Positions 29,433-39,372 of a DNA stretch of 64,000 nucleotides are shown piece after piece; within the stretch, counting starts at the first letter, position 1; the number at the start of each line of letters is the position of its first letter. A program made the position numbers and the translations under genes. Under the pieces are notes generated by a model. The model saw nothing but the letters and a program-made list of their open reading frames with translations, did no database searches and was not told the origin of the DNA. Source of the stretch: an uncultured virus (IMG/VR IMGVR_UViG_2724679134_000002) (taxonomy: Duplodnaviria > Heunggongvirae > Uroviricota > Caudoviricetes); IMG/VR virus record IMGVR_UViG_2724679134_000002; one strand, written 5' to 3'.

Positions 29433-31730
29433 ATGATTATTCAACCTAAATTAGAAACGGATGTAACGAAAAAGTATGAAAAACATTGGGTTGAAGATTT
29501 TAATGAGATAAAAACATTGTTTTATCAAGATAAACCAAAACTGTGTGTATTGGATTCTGAGACAACTGGATTACACATAATTAAAGATAAGCCTTTTATG
29601 TGGGTTTTCAGTTGGCTCCTTCCAAGAGAAAAACGAACAGAGAATTTAAAAGGAAGAAGCTTTGCATTTGAGTCAAACAAGGATATTTTAATAAAAGTAA
29701 TTGAACTTACTAAACTTTGTGTAATGACGGTTGGCCATAATGTTAAATATGATTTACATATGCTGATAAACGGAGGAGTCCAAGATGAATTAGTTTTCGG
29801 ACTAAGTAACATAACTGATACTATGGGCTTGTGCAGACTGACTTTTGATGCTGTATCTGCCAGAGATGGTGGAGACATGCTTGGGTTAAAAAAAGTATCA
29901 GAAAAGTACATAGACCCTAGAGCAGCAGAATTTGAAAAAGAAGTTAAGAAAGAGCTTAGACGTATCAATGATCAAAAAAGAAATCTTTTAAAAGAGTTAC
30001 TGAAGCCCTACAAGGAAATTGGTTGGGGCATAGGTAAAATTAAAGATGCCTACAAGGTTAAAAAACGAAATGATATGGATCAGTTTACTAGAGAAAGAAA
30101 GCAAAGATGGATTGAAGTTCCAAAGGAAATCGAAGAACTATATTTTCAGTGGATGGAAGACAACCCTTTTGCAAATTATTCAGAAGTAGACAGAAATATT
30201 ATGATGGAGTATGTACACAGCGATGGGATTTATACTCTTGAGTTAGTTGAATATACTTACCCTACAATCTTAAAACGAAATCAAAAAGCTATTCTTGAAC
30301 ATGAAAATTCATTAATTATGGAGTTACTTCGTATGGAAAGGGTAGGTATGAAAGTAGACATGCCTTACTTAGAAAGTTGCTACAAAAAATGTGAAGATGA
30401 AATCCAACGACATTATGAAGAACTTTGGAATATAGTTGGAGAAAACTTTACTGCTTCTCAAGGTACGGTTATTCAGGATTATTTCGAAAAGAAGCTAGGT
30501 AATAGACCGGGAGCAACAGACAAAACATTCTTGAAGAAACATAAAGATGATCGACTGTCGCAGCTTATTACTCGATTAAGAAGACTTGAAAAATGGCAAT
30601 CTACATATATTTCTAGAATTATTGAGGTTGCACAATATGATGAACATTTCTATACACAGTATGGACAATTTAACACTGTTTCAGGAAGATTAGGATCAGA
30701 TGCGCAGCAATTCCCAAAAGAGAGGATTTTAACTGAAGAAGGTGAGAAGTACGAAAAAGAAAATGGAGAAGGAAAAGCTTCTTCAGAATATGAGATTTTT
30801 TCACCAAGAAAAGCATTTATAGTAGAAGGTGGAGATTACTCAAAGATTGCATACTTTGACTTATCACAAATTGAATTAAGAGCTCAAGCGAATTACACTG
30901 TTCTTCTTAATCGGCCTGATTTAAACCTTTGTAGAGCCTACATGCCGTTTAAATGTGTGCATTATAAAACCAATGAAGTTTTTAAATTTGATACGAAAAA
31001 AGAAAGAGAACGTTGGTCAGAAAAAAAGGATGATGGTAGCTCAGTTTGGTTACTTGAAGATGGGAACAGTTGGACTCCAACTGATGTACATAGTGAAACA
31101 TCTCATAACACACTTATGGCATTAGCTTTTAAATGTGTAGAAAAGTATAAACAGTATGAACATGATAAAGACTCTCCTGTTGATGAGAAATCATTTAAAA
31201 AGTTTTGGCGTTATATTGGAAAGATGTTTAATTTCATGCGAAATTATGGAGGTGGGGCAGCAAAAGCATCTGAGGCTTTAGAAGTTTCGATGGAGATAGC
31301 GAATGCCCTTGTAACTGGTTGGTCAAGTACCTTCCCAGAAGTCTCTTATTATCAAAAACAGGTTGCAAGTAAAGTGCAAAAGAGTAACCATGCAGTAAAT
31401 ATGTATGGAAGAGTGTACTACTTAACAAATACTGATAAAGCGTATAAGGTAGGCAATTATCTTGTACAAGGATCTTGTGCGGATATGCTTAAAGGTTATG
31501 TAGTTAAAATTGGGCAGTTTTTAAGAGAAAACAAATGTAAATCCCTACCTTTGGCAAATATTCATGATGAGCTTCAATTTTTGATTTACAAAGGAGAAGA
31601 ATGGATTTTTCCGCATATAAAACGAATCATGGAAGATGTAGATTGGATGCAAGTTCCTGTAGTAGTTGACTTAGAAATCACTGAAACTACATGGGCTGAT
31701 AAAAAAGAAGTTGAAATTAAAGCATCGTAA
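29433..31730 (+). CDS. Family A DNA polymerase with 3'-5' exonuclease
   Basis: LDSETTGL, GHNVKYD, TVSGRL, DLSQIELR, R..GK...F...YG, NYLVQGS.AD, IHDE. Confidence 0.92.
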   Translation: MIIQPKLETDVTKKYEKHWVEDFNEIKTLFYQDKPKLCVLDSETTGLHIIKDKPFMWVFSWLLPREKRTENLKGRSFAFESNKDILIKVIELTKLCVMTVGHNVKYDLHMLINGGVQDELVFGLSNITDTMGLCRLTFDAVSARDGGDMLGLKKVSEKYIDPRAAEFEKEVKKELRRINDQKRNLLKELLKPYKEIGWGIGKIKDAYKVKKRNDMDQFTRERKQRWIEVPKEIEELYFQWMEDNPFANYSEVDRNIMMEYVHSDGIYTLELVEYTYPTILKRNQKAILEHENSLIMELLRMERVGMKVDMPYLESCYKKCEDEIQRHYEELWNIVGENFTASQGTVIQDYFEKKLGNRPGATDKTFLKKHKDDRLSQLITRLRRLEKWQSTYISRIIEVAQYDEHFYTQYGQFNTVSGRLGSDAQQFPKERILTEEGEKYEKENGEGKASSEYEIFSPRKAFIVEGGDYSKIAYFDLSQIELRAQANYTVLLNRPDLNLCRAYMPFKCVHYKTNEVFKFDTKKERERWSEKKDDGSSVWLLEDGNSWTPTDVHSETSHNTLMALAFKCVEKYKQYEHDKDSPVDEKSFKKFWRYIGKMFNFMRNYGGGAAKASEALEVSMEIANALVTGWSSTFPEVSYYQKQVASKVQKSNHAVNMYGRVYYLTNTDKAYKVGNYLVQGSCADMLKGYVVKIGQFLRENKCKSLPLANIHDELQFLIYKGEEWIFPHIKRIMEDVDWMQVPVVVDLEITETTWADKKEVEIKAS

Positions 31731-31949
31731 AAATTTTAGCAACGGAAGTGATGAAAATTTTCAAAAAACTCATAGACAAATATAAAAAATATGTATATTA
31801 TAATATTAATAATATNNNNNNNNNNNNNNNNNNNNNNNNNNNNNNNNNNNNNNNNNNNNNNNNNNNNNNNNNNNNNNNNNNNNNNNNNNNNNNNNNNNNN
31901 NNNNNNNNNNNNNNNNNNNNNNNNNNNNNNNNNNNNNNNNNNNNNNNNN

Positions 31950-32621
31950 ACAATTATAGCCAGCATTATTGTTTTAACAGGTGGTGTTGTATTCAACATT
32001 AAAAATATCGTAAAAGATGATGAAGAAGACATTCAAGTTTCAATAAAAGAGTCATTTTATAAGAACAAAAAAGAGACTATTGAAAGGATTACACATAAAA
32101 AAGAGAGGAATTTCACGCTTCCGAAATTAAAAAGTAAATTGGATAAGCAGAAAGAAAGCCAAAAGAAATTCATCTATGAGAAAATTTCTTACCCAAAGAA
32201 AGAACAATTTACGAAAACACAAACTAATCCAACTTCAAAAGTGAAAAATAATCATTTTAACAAAACAAGAGTAACGAAACGTGAAGAAGAGCAAAGTAAC
32301 AATCATTCTATTAATGTTGTGGCAACTGCGTACACTGCTTTTTGTTCAACAGGCTGCATCGGTAAAACTAAGACAGGCTACGATGTTTCAAATACATCGT
32401 ATTACAGAGGAAAACGAATTATTGCTGTAGATCCCAGCCTTATTCCTTTAAATTCTTTGGTTGAAGTCAGTTATAAAGGAGGGAGCTTTCAAGCATACGC
32501 AATTGACACTGGAGGGGATATCAAAAGTAACCGAATAGATATTCTAATGAACACAAAAAGTGAAGCAAAAACATTTGGAAGACAGCAAGCAAGTGTGAAA
32601 GTGCTGGAAAACGATTGGTAA
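31950..32621 (+). CDS. yorM: YorM-like membrane-anchored 3D-domain protein; 5' end lost in N-gap
   Basis: ATAYT, IAVDP..IPL, AIDTGGDIK..RIDI. Confidence 0.8.
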   Translation, partial: TIIASIIVLTGGVVFNIKNIVKDDEEDIQVSIKESFYKNKKETIERITHKKERNFTLPKLKSKLDKQKESQKKFIYEKISYPKKEQFTKTQTNPTSKVKNNHFNKTRVTKREEEQSNNHSINVVATAYTAFCSTGCIGKTKTGYDVSNTSYYRGKRIIAVDPSLIPLNSLVEVSYKGGSFQAYAIDTGGDIKSNRIDILMNTKSEAKTFGRQQASVKVLENDW

Positions 32622-32739
32622 AAATGTGGTAAATGTGTCCAATTGAAAGAAGTATATAAACATTTCGTTAACACGTACGATGCAATACATACATAGAAAA
32701 ATATGACAATATAAATAATACATAGAGAGAGTGGTATAG

Positions 32740-32898
32740 ATGTTTAAACTAGAACAAGAAGTCTACGTAAAATCGACTGGTGAGCCAGGTATTATTGCAG
32801 CTATATACCCTGAAACAAATAGTCTTGAACTTTGCTATTACGATGGCACGTATGATGAGCGGAAAATCGATGATATTTTAGAAGGTGATCAACTTTAA
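32740..32898 (+). CDS. 52-aa SH3-like small protein (not in ORF track)
   Basis: MFKLEQEVYVKSTGEPGIIAAIYPE...YYDGTYDE. Confidence 0.55.
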   Translation: MFKLEQEVYVKSTGEPGIIAAIYPETNSLELCYYDGTYDERKIDDILEGDQL

Positions 32899-33014
32899 GT
32901 TTCTTCTTGTTTTTTTAAAATAAAAAATAAGGTGATAAACCACGAAGAATAATCTTCAGACTGAATTGTCATTTACTGAAGAATGAGGAATTAACATCGA
33001 AAGGAGGTGATAAC

Positions 33015-33230
33015 TTGCCAAAATTCTGGTCATATCCATTGGGCTTAATAGTGAAAATAAATGAAAACGCAAGACGAACATGCCCTCATCACGTAGGAAG
33101 AAAAGGGAAAATTATTGAGCTTCTTCATTCAGCTACATACGACTACGCAGTCAGTGACGAGACAGGAGATATTACATTCTTTAAGGAACATGAATTAAAT
33201 CCAATCCAAGGAGATGAATTATATGCTTAA
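33015..33230 (+). CDS. yorP: YorP-like small protein
   Basis: MPKFWSYP..HHVGRKGKIIE; AAGGAGGTG RBS. Confidence 0.75.
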   Translation: MPKFWSYPLGLIVKINENARRTCPHHVGRKGKIIELLHSATYDYAVSDETGDITFFKEHELNPIQGDELYA

Positions 33231-33381
33231 AGTGAACGATAAAGTTATTGTTGATTTCACTGAAGAGCAAGGTGTCATTTCAAAAGTAGATTACAGATAC
33301 AGTCAGGTCGAAGTTGAATATTCAGATGGTACATATCAAGTAGTAGGGCTTCACAAGGTTAGAAAGGTGGGGAATGAATGA
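33223..33381 (+). CDS. 52-aa SH3-like small protein (YorQ position; not in ORF track)
   Basis: MLKVNDKVIVDFTEEQGVISKVD...YSDGTYQ. Confidence 0.55.
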   Translation: MLKVNDKVIVDFTEEQGVISKVDYRYSQVEVEYSDGTYQVVGLHKVRKVGNE

Positions 33382-33875
33382 CATTAATCATACTGGAAGG
33401 GGCAGATTGCTGCTATAAATCAACTGTAGCAGCAAAACTAAGTAAAGAAATGGGCTATCCAATCATCAAAGGATCAAGCTTTGAATTAGCCACAAGCGGA
33501 AACGAAAAGCTTTTTGAACACTTTAGCAAGTTAGCTGATGAAGACAACGTGATTATTGATCGGTTTATTTATTCCAATTTGGTTTACGCGAGGAAGTTCA
33601 AGGATTATTCTATCCTAACAGAACAGCAACTTAGAATCATTGAGGATAAAATTAAAATGAAAGCGAAAGTTGTGTACTTACATGCTGATCCAAAAATTAT
33701 TAAGGAACGCTTAAGTATACGAGGTGATGAATACATAGAAGGAAAAGATATTGATTCAATTTTACGCTTGTACAGAGAAGTTATGAGCAATGCAGACTTA
33801 TATACATATTCATGGGATACAGGACAATGGGATAGCGATGAGATTGTTGAGGGTTTGACTTACTTATTTGGATAA
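33378..33875 (+). CDS. yorR: Deoxynucleotide monophosphate kinase-like (YorR)
   Basis: LEGADCCYKST P-loop variant; IIDRF..S..VY. Confidence 0.8.
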   Translation: MTLIILEGADCCYKSTVAAKLSKEMGYPIIKGSSFELATSGNEKLFEHFSKLADEDNVIIDRFIYSNLVYARKFKDYSILTEQQLRIIEDKIKMKAKVVYLHADPKIIKERLSIRGDEYIEGKDIDSILRLYREVMSNADLYTYSWDTGQWDSDEIVEGLTYLFG

Positions 33876-33932
33876 AGACTAGGTAAAATAATCGTTTTAA
33901 AGAAAGGAGTGAAAAATCACCCCTTCATATGA

Positions 33933-34277
33933 TTAACGAGCATTAACAGTGATTTTATAAATCACATAATTGTCGTTAATGTCATAGGCGTATACCAATG
34001 CAGTACCTAAAGTTGAATGAGAAGATACAATACCACTTGAGCTTATACTGATTAGGTTGCTGCCAGATACTATTTCCCAACGTGTATAGCCTTTTAACAA
34101 ATGGACATTGGAATTCCTCAACATATGAAAATCAACTGTTGCTATAGGATCACCGAGCTGTTTAACTTGTCCAGTATTGACCGGTTCATGAGCAGAAGCA
34201 TGTGTTGTTAGAGATGGGAGAGCCAATGCAGAAATTGATAAAGCCGAAACAATCAATCCTTTGAAAAACTTTTTCAT
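33933..34277 (-). CDS. Secreted beta-rich (Ig-like) protein, antisense cargo
   Basis: Signal peptide; GGAGG RBS; flanked by motifs 33884 and 34367. Confidence 0.7.
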   Translation of the reverse strand: MKKFFKGLIVSALSISALALPSLTTHASAHEPVNTGQVKQLGDPIATVDFHMLRNSNVHLLKGYTRWEIVSGSNLISISSSGIVSSHSTLGTALVYAYDINDNYVIYKITVNAR

Positions 34278-34553
34278 AAGATATACCTCCTAGGTTTTGA
34301 TTGTGATTACAAGTCTAGTCTAGCATGTTAAATATTTGAAATGTGTGAAGTGTTTGTGAAACTGATTAAAATATCTCTTTTAAAGAAAAGGAGGGTTTAA
34401 TTGAACAGTTTTTTAAAAAGGTTATCTGTAGCATGTAAGTCTACAATTCATCACAAAGCTTATCAAAGAATGAATGAAGCAAATAAAGAAATTAATAAGG
34501 TGCTAAATAAATTTAAATAAAAGATCAATTTTATTTAAAGATGGGAGTGGCTT

Positions 34554-34763
34554 ATGGAAAGTACAGTGTTTATAAATCCAGTTTCGTCTTATGCTTACAA
34601 AAGAAAGAATGAGTTAGGAATTGTCATTGGTTTTGTTGGATATAAGCCTAAAAACCATGAATCTAGACTGTGTTATAAGGTTCGTTATGAAAGTGATGGT
34701 ATGGTTGACTACGTTCCTGTTTCAGACGTGGAGCAAGGGCATTATAGATTGATTTCTGTATAA
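34554..34763 (+). CDS. Small phage protein
   Basis: GGGAG RBS; between motifs 34518 and 34761. Confidence 0.65.
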   Translation: MESTVFINPVSSYAYKRKNELGIVIGFVGYKPKNHESRLCYKVRYESDGMVDYVPVSDVEQGHYRLISV

Positions 34764-34795
34764 AATTTGTCTTTTATACAAATATAAAATAAGAG

Positions 34796-35008
34796 GTGTT
34801 AAATATCAATTACGAGCAAATCATTGAAAAATTTAAACAGACTGTCGAAGAGTATAGGAAGAAAATCAACAATGGGGAAATAGAAAGAGCTGAGCAGTTT
34901 GTTCTTGAAATGGGTGCAGAAATCGAAACAACAGCTCACTTTATGGAAGCTCTCAAAGCAGGAAAAAGAACGATTGAGGATGAGATATCACTACATAAAG
35001 GGGTGTAA
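34796..35008 (+). CDS. Small helical protein
   Basis: ORF in operon; start uncertain. Confidence 0.55.
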   Translation: MLNINYEQIIEKFKQTVEEYRKKINNGEIERAEQFVLEMGAEIETTAHFMEALKAGKRTIEDEISLHKGV

Positions 35009-35011
35009 ACA

Positions 35012-35377
35012 ATGTTAACTGATCAAGAAAAGATAGATTTGGTAAACGCTCTTGATTTTATAGTCATTGAACCACATACGCAAAGCACTTACGTACATAA
35101 CGATGAAAAGACAATAAAAGTATTGCATAAGGTTTTACGCACTATTTCAGTAGATGAGTATATTGAGTGCTTTAAAAAAGGGAATTTGATCGATATCTTT
35201 CCTGCTGCAATGCAAGAAGCCGGTGCAGAAGGTTTTAAAGATGGGCAGTTTGTGATTATGCCAAAGAAATTTTATGTTGATCAGTGCTATGCGATGAGCA
35301 AGGAAATTGAACGGTTAACTAATCTGATTGATAAATTAAGTATTAAATCAAATACGTATAGAGGTTTGATTCATTAA
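35012..35377 (+). CDS. SPbeta-type hypothetical protein
   Basis: AAGGGGTG RBS; MLTDQEKIDL. Confidence 0.65.
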   Translation: MLTDQEKIDLVNALDFIVIEPHTQSTYVHNDEKTIKVLHKVLRTISVDEYIECFKKGNLIDIFPAAMQEAGAEGFKDGQFVIMPKKFYVDQCYAMSKEIERLTNLIDKLSIKSNTYRGLIH

Positions 35378-35417
35378 GTTGTTTCAATGAAAAAATGAAA
35401 GGAAAAAGGGATGTTTA

Positions 35418-35645
35418 TTGAAAAAGTATTATGTAAGGTGTAAAGACAGCAAAGGCGAAAATGCTTCTCTAGTTATTGAAGCGCTATCACCTGAACAGGC
35501 AAAAGAACAAGCAAAAGAAGTACATAAAGCTAGAACTATTTACAATGTAAGCTTAGGAGAAGGAACGTCAAGGAATTATCTAGAGAGAAAATATTCTCCG
35601 TACATAAAAAACGACAACAGCAAGGCTATTACTATTTTTTCATAA
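35418..35645 (+). CDS. Small phage protein
   Basis: RBS; IEALSPEQAKE. Confidence 0.6.
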   Translation: MKKYYVRCKDSKGENASLVIEALSPEQAKEQAKEVHKARTIYNVSLGEGTSRNYLERKYSPYIKNDNSKAITIFS

Positions 35646-35659
35646 GGGAGGTCATCTAC

Positions 35660-35857
35660 TTGTATATATCTGAGCCAATAAAAGAAACACTTGTGCAAAA
35701 TATGGATCAGCTTAGCAGTAAAATCGATGAGTTATTCATTTACCTCGAAAATGAGTTGCCTTCCACAAATGAAAGACAATGGAAAACTATAGACAAAAAA
35801 TTCGGTGAGGTTTTTACTAAATCCAACGAATTACAAAATTACATAAGCTGTTTATAA
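35660..35857 (+). CDS. Small helical protein
   Basis: GGAGG RBS. Confidence 0.6.
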   Translation: MYISEPIKETLVQNMDQLSSKIDELFIYLENELPSTNERQWKTIDKKFGEVFTKSNELQNYISCL

Positions 35858-36039
35858 ATGTGAGCAATATCCCTTTGAGTTATTGATATCTGTGATACTT
35901 ATTATTCAAAATCGCCTTTGTTTCTTAACAATTATTTATATGATTGGTAGCATTTATAAAAGAAAGAAGGTGATTTATGAGATTGTCTGTTTGATAGAGT
36001 GCCAGATGAGAATTATATTTTTACAAAGGGGTTATTTTA

Positions 36040-36798
36040 ATGAACAAGTCTTTTTTTCGAACGATCTTAGTATTAGTTGCCGTATTTGTACTGGCCTTTG
36101 CAACATTTCCGCAAAATAGTGATGCAAAGAGTACAATCTCAACAGATAATATCGACAAGGATAAAGTAAAATCAGAGGCAGAATTTATTGCAGATCACAC
36201 CATTGATGTGAGCAATAAGACTAAGGAAAAACTTCTTTCAAAGGCAGAAAAAGCAATTGAAGACGGAGACATTAAGTATCATAAATCAAACGAAAAAGTA
36301 TTTGATAATGAATCAGTTAGAGCTATTAAGTATGATGATGGTACAGTAGCTTATTCAGTTTCTTATTTATACGTGGATACTGAAAAAGTAGATAGAGTTA
36401 GTTCATTCAATGTTTCATTTGATAGCGATATGAATATTGAAGAATACTATGAAGTTGATATGAAGAAAATCAGCAGTACTCAAAACGAAATGACATATTG
36501 GGTTAATGGTATTAAAGACGAAGGCAAATCTGGTGTCTTTGAAACAGAAAAATCTTCAAAAAATGAAACAAGCTCATCTAACATGATGAGTACTAAGAGT
36601 TGGACTGGGTGTGTATCAGATTGTTTAGGTGATAAAAATATTAGCCAATGGGCAATCACTGGTTTAGCTATTTTATGTGGAGCTGCATGTACAGCTGGTG
36701 TCCCAGCAACAGCAGGAACTGCTTGCTATGCTTGTGTAAATACTGCTGGTATTATTGGTGTTAATGCATTCTTTGATTGTATGGAGAAGTGTAAATGA
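36040..36798 (+). CDS. Secreted protein with C-terminal 8-Cys hydrophobic domain; bacteriocin-precursor-like
   Basis: Signal peptide; WTGCVSDC...LCGAAC...ACYAC...DCMEKCK. Confidence 0.65.
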   Translation: MNKSFFRTILVLVAVFVLAFATFPQNSDAKSTISTDNIDKDKVKSEAEFIADHTIDVSNKTKEKLLSKAEKAIEDGDIKYHKSNEKVFDNESVRAIKYDDGTVAYSVSYLYVDTEKVDRVSSFNVSFDSDMNIEEYYEVDMKKISSTQNEMTYWVNGIKDEGKSGVFETEKSSKNETSSSNMMSTKSWTGCVSDCLGDKNISQWAITGLAILCGAACTAGVPATAGTACYACVNTAGIIGVNAFFDCMEKCK

Positions 36799-36959
36799 TC
36801 AATATCTTAAGTAAAATACTATTTATTTTGTCTGGTTGCGCATTGTTGATCTTTGGGATTATTTTAAAGAATGGATCAATGGCTTTTGGATTGTTCGCCT
36901 TATTCTTCATAGCGGCAATAATTGTTCGTGTATTTCATAAACGAACTAATGAACATTAA
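36795..36959 (+). CDS. 54-aa two-TM protein, putative immunity (not in ORF track)
   Basis: ATGA overlap; MINILSKILFILSGCALLIFGIILKNGSMAFGLFALFFIAAIIVRVFHKRTNEH. Confidence 0.6.
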   Translation: MINILSKILFILSGCALLIFGIILKNGSMAFGLFALFFIAAIIVRVFHKRTNEH

Positions 36960-37407
36960 CAGCAACCGTATTGTTTTGTAGGGGAGGAAACTCTCCTACT
37001 CTTAAAAATAAGTTAAAAAAACAATAGACAAAAATAAAAAATAAGTATATAATTAATGTACATTACAGGCAAAGGAGAGTGTTAATGAACATATATGTGA
37101 CATCTGTAAAGAGTACATAAGCGGAAAAGCAATTTGTCTTAGAATCAGAGATGAAAAAACTTATGAAGACTCGAGAGAGTGAAAAATGAGTGTAGGAATT
37201 TAAGAGTTAAGAAGACTTTAAATTATTTAGGACTTTAACACAAAAATAAAAATAGAGTATAAAATATTCCTTTTATCTAGAAAGGAGGTAGAAAATTAAA
37301 CATATATATATAAACCTCAACAAAACGAAACGCCATAAAGGTTTCTTATGGCGTCTAACAGAACATGGAGGTACTCTTAACACGGCAGCGGAGGCAAAAA
37401 AGAGTTC

Positions 37408-37500
37408 TTAACCGAAGAAAGCTGCTCCAACAATGATTAATAAGATGAATAGCACCACGATTAATGCGAAGGAGCTACCATAACCATTTGAGTATCCCAT
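37408..37500 (-). CDS. YjcZ/SscA-family small sporulation membrane peptide (not in ORF track)
   Basis: MGYSNGYGSSFALIVVLFILLIIVGAAFFG; AAGGAGGTG RBS. Confidence 0.85.
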   Translation of the reverse strand: MGYSNGYGSSFALIVVLFILLIIVGAAFFG

Positions 37501-37982
37501 ATTAGCCACCTCCTTTTTAAGAGGATAGTACATGATATGCCGATGGAACAATTTCGATAGGGTTGCTAGTTTAATTGATTTAAAAATGATTGCTTAGTCT
37601 AAGTAAAATCTGCATTTAAAGAGTTAGAGGGAAATTATAATCAACGGAAATTTTCATGATTTCCCGGGCAAGCGCAGTATACGACAATTTAAAACAAATA
37701 ATGGGGAGAGATAAAAGAATAAATATGAGTGTCAAAAAAAGGGAGCAAAATTAAAGTCATTAAGGAAGTTAGAGGTCATTGGGGACACATTATTTATCTG
37801 ATTGGAAGCGAATGGTTAGTTAAAGAGGTAATTGCTCAAGAAACTGGAACTGTGTTCTGTAGAGATAATGATTATGGGATACCACAGACACATTATGAAG
37901 TAATCTAAATAAATTTCAATTTTATATAGAAATTAAAATAATTAGGTCTATAATCAACCTACAATATATGGAATTCGCCTAT

Positions 37983-38010
37983 GCACTGTAAAAGTTGTTT
38001 AGCATATATT
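37983..38010 (+). promoter_or_regulatory. Putative sigma-K promoter
   Basis: GCAC-16-CATATATT. Confidence 0.45.
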
Positions 38011-38046
38011 GCCTAAGAAACGATGGGTTAAAAAAGGAGAGTAATT

Positions 38047-38385
38047 ATGAACAACTTTTACGGATATTATGATGAGTTTTATCGACCGTTGCCGGGAACT
38101 GGAAGCCAACAACAAACACCGGCTATTCCAGGTCATTTAATGACCGAATATCAAAATTTGGTTAAAAATCCATCTGCTGCACAACATATGCTCCATGGGG
38201 GACCTGGGCAGGGTTATGCAGTGGGATGTGACATGAAGTGGACTATCGTTCTACTCAAAAACGGACATCTATTCTTAATGTTTGTTTTTTCAGCGAGTCC
38301 TACAGGCAATACTACAGGGATAATATTCCCTTCATTTACTTTTGGGTCATTTCCAACATCATCTATCTTGGCTTATAAATGTTAG
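38047..38385 (+). CDS. Possible spore-associated protein
   Basis: AAGGAG RBS; Tyr/Gly/Pro-rich N-terminus; hairpin downstream. Confidence 0.6.
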   Translation: MNNFYGYYDEFYRPLPGTGSQQQTPAIPGHLMTEYQNLVKNPSAAQHMLHGGPGQGYAVGCDMKWTIVLLKNGHLFLMFVFSASPTGNTTGIIFPSFTFGSFPTSSILAYKC

Positions 38386-38508
38386 TTAAATGGGGGGAGA
38401 TACTCCCTCCCAATCAGATTAAGGAAGCATGAAATGAACAATCTAAGCTTAACAGGAGTCTATATAAAAGTTTTATTTTAAACCAATTTTGCCAAAGGAG
38501 AGTTAGAT

Positions 38509-38862
38509 ATGATCTTAAAAGAAATTGCGGTTTATGAAGAAAAATTCAATAATTATTTACCGAAGGAAACGAGAATGGTGCTTCATTACAAGAACATTGA
38601 AGCTGTTGAGAATGAGGACAAGATTACAATAAACACTGGTAAGAATTCAACGGCGTATAAGGTGTTTGATTTAGACGGGATACAAAAAGACCCACTAAAA
38701 ATGAAATTGACAAGTTATGAGGGAGAAACAATAGTGGTCGGTGTGACCATTAACAAAATTCATTTCAACTTAGCTGGAGACTTGGCAGTTAAATTAGAAT
38801 TCAAAGTGCTCAAACCAGTAGCTAGCGGTGTCGGCGAACCAGGAATTTATTCATTACTTTAA
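38509..38862 (+). CDS. Hypothetical protein
   Basis: AAGGAG RBS; between motifs 38465 and 38860. Confidence 0.65.
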   Translation: MILKEIAVYEEKFNNYLPKETRMVLHYKNIEAVENEDKITINTGKNSTAYKVFDLDGIQKDPLKMKLTSYEGETIVVGVTINKIHFNLAGDLAVKLEFKVLKPVASGVGEPGIYSLL

Positions 38863-38903
38863 AAGGATGATTTTAAAGGATTGAAGATGGCTTATGCCAT
38901 CTC

Positions 38904-39218
38904 CTAGAACCCAAGTTTCCTTACCACATAGTCTTCAGTAGCTTGTTCAAGCATTTCTTGCCAGTTGAAAAACTTACTGTTGGCGCGAATATAATCATCC
39001 CATTCTTGATCAGGTATAGCAGCAAAATCTTCATCATTATTTATTTCAAATGGAGAAGTTTCTATCATTTCATCAAGATTCATGAATTTTGTGTTTTTTC
39101 TTACGAAATCCGTAGTAAGCAATTCTACAAGCGGCACACTTTTTGTGCCATTTAGCTCTTTGGCATTACGCTGAATCTTATCAAGTTTTTTACTAAAGTC
39201 TTTAAAGCTATTAGACAT
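38904..39218 (-). CDS. Conserved hypothetical protein with acidic core
   Basis: GGAGTG RBS; F..KNTKF...W++ML..A..Y. Confidence 0.7.
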   Translation of the reverse strand: MSNSFKDFSKKLDKIQRNAKELNGTKSVPLVELLTTDFVRKNTKFMNLDEMIETSPFEINNDEDFAAIPDQEWDDYIRANSKFFNWQEMLEQATEDYVVRKLGF

Positions 39219-39228
39219 TAAATCACTC

Positions 39229-39372
39229 CTATTTTCTTTTTGATTTTGCTTGAGATAAGACTGAACCTGCTAAACTCTTAGCTGTTTTACTTGAAGATTT
39301 AGAGTTAAGCACTTTTGATGCTTTAGTTGAAAGCTTTGAAGAAGAAACTCTTCGACTACTAGACTTTGCCAA
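39229..39372 (-). CDS. 47-aa Ser/Lys-rich basic protein (not in ORF track)
   Basis: GGTGGTG RBS, TTG start: MAKSSSRRVSSSKLSTKASKVLNSKSSSKTAKSLAGSVLSQAKSKRK. Confidence 0.6.
   Translation of the reverse strand: MAKSSSRRVSSSKLSTKASKVLNSKSSSKTAKSLAGSVLSQAKSKRK

Noticed and set aside
31816..31949. N-run and ORFs spanning it (31736-32032, 31748-32002)
   Set aside because: Assembly gap; translations across it are artefacts
33875..35012. SPbeta DNA methyltransferase mtbP and yorS
   Set aside because: No C5-methyltransferase or nucleotidase motifs at this position; other small genes occupy the slot
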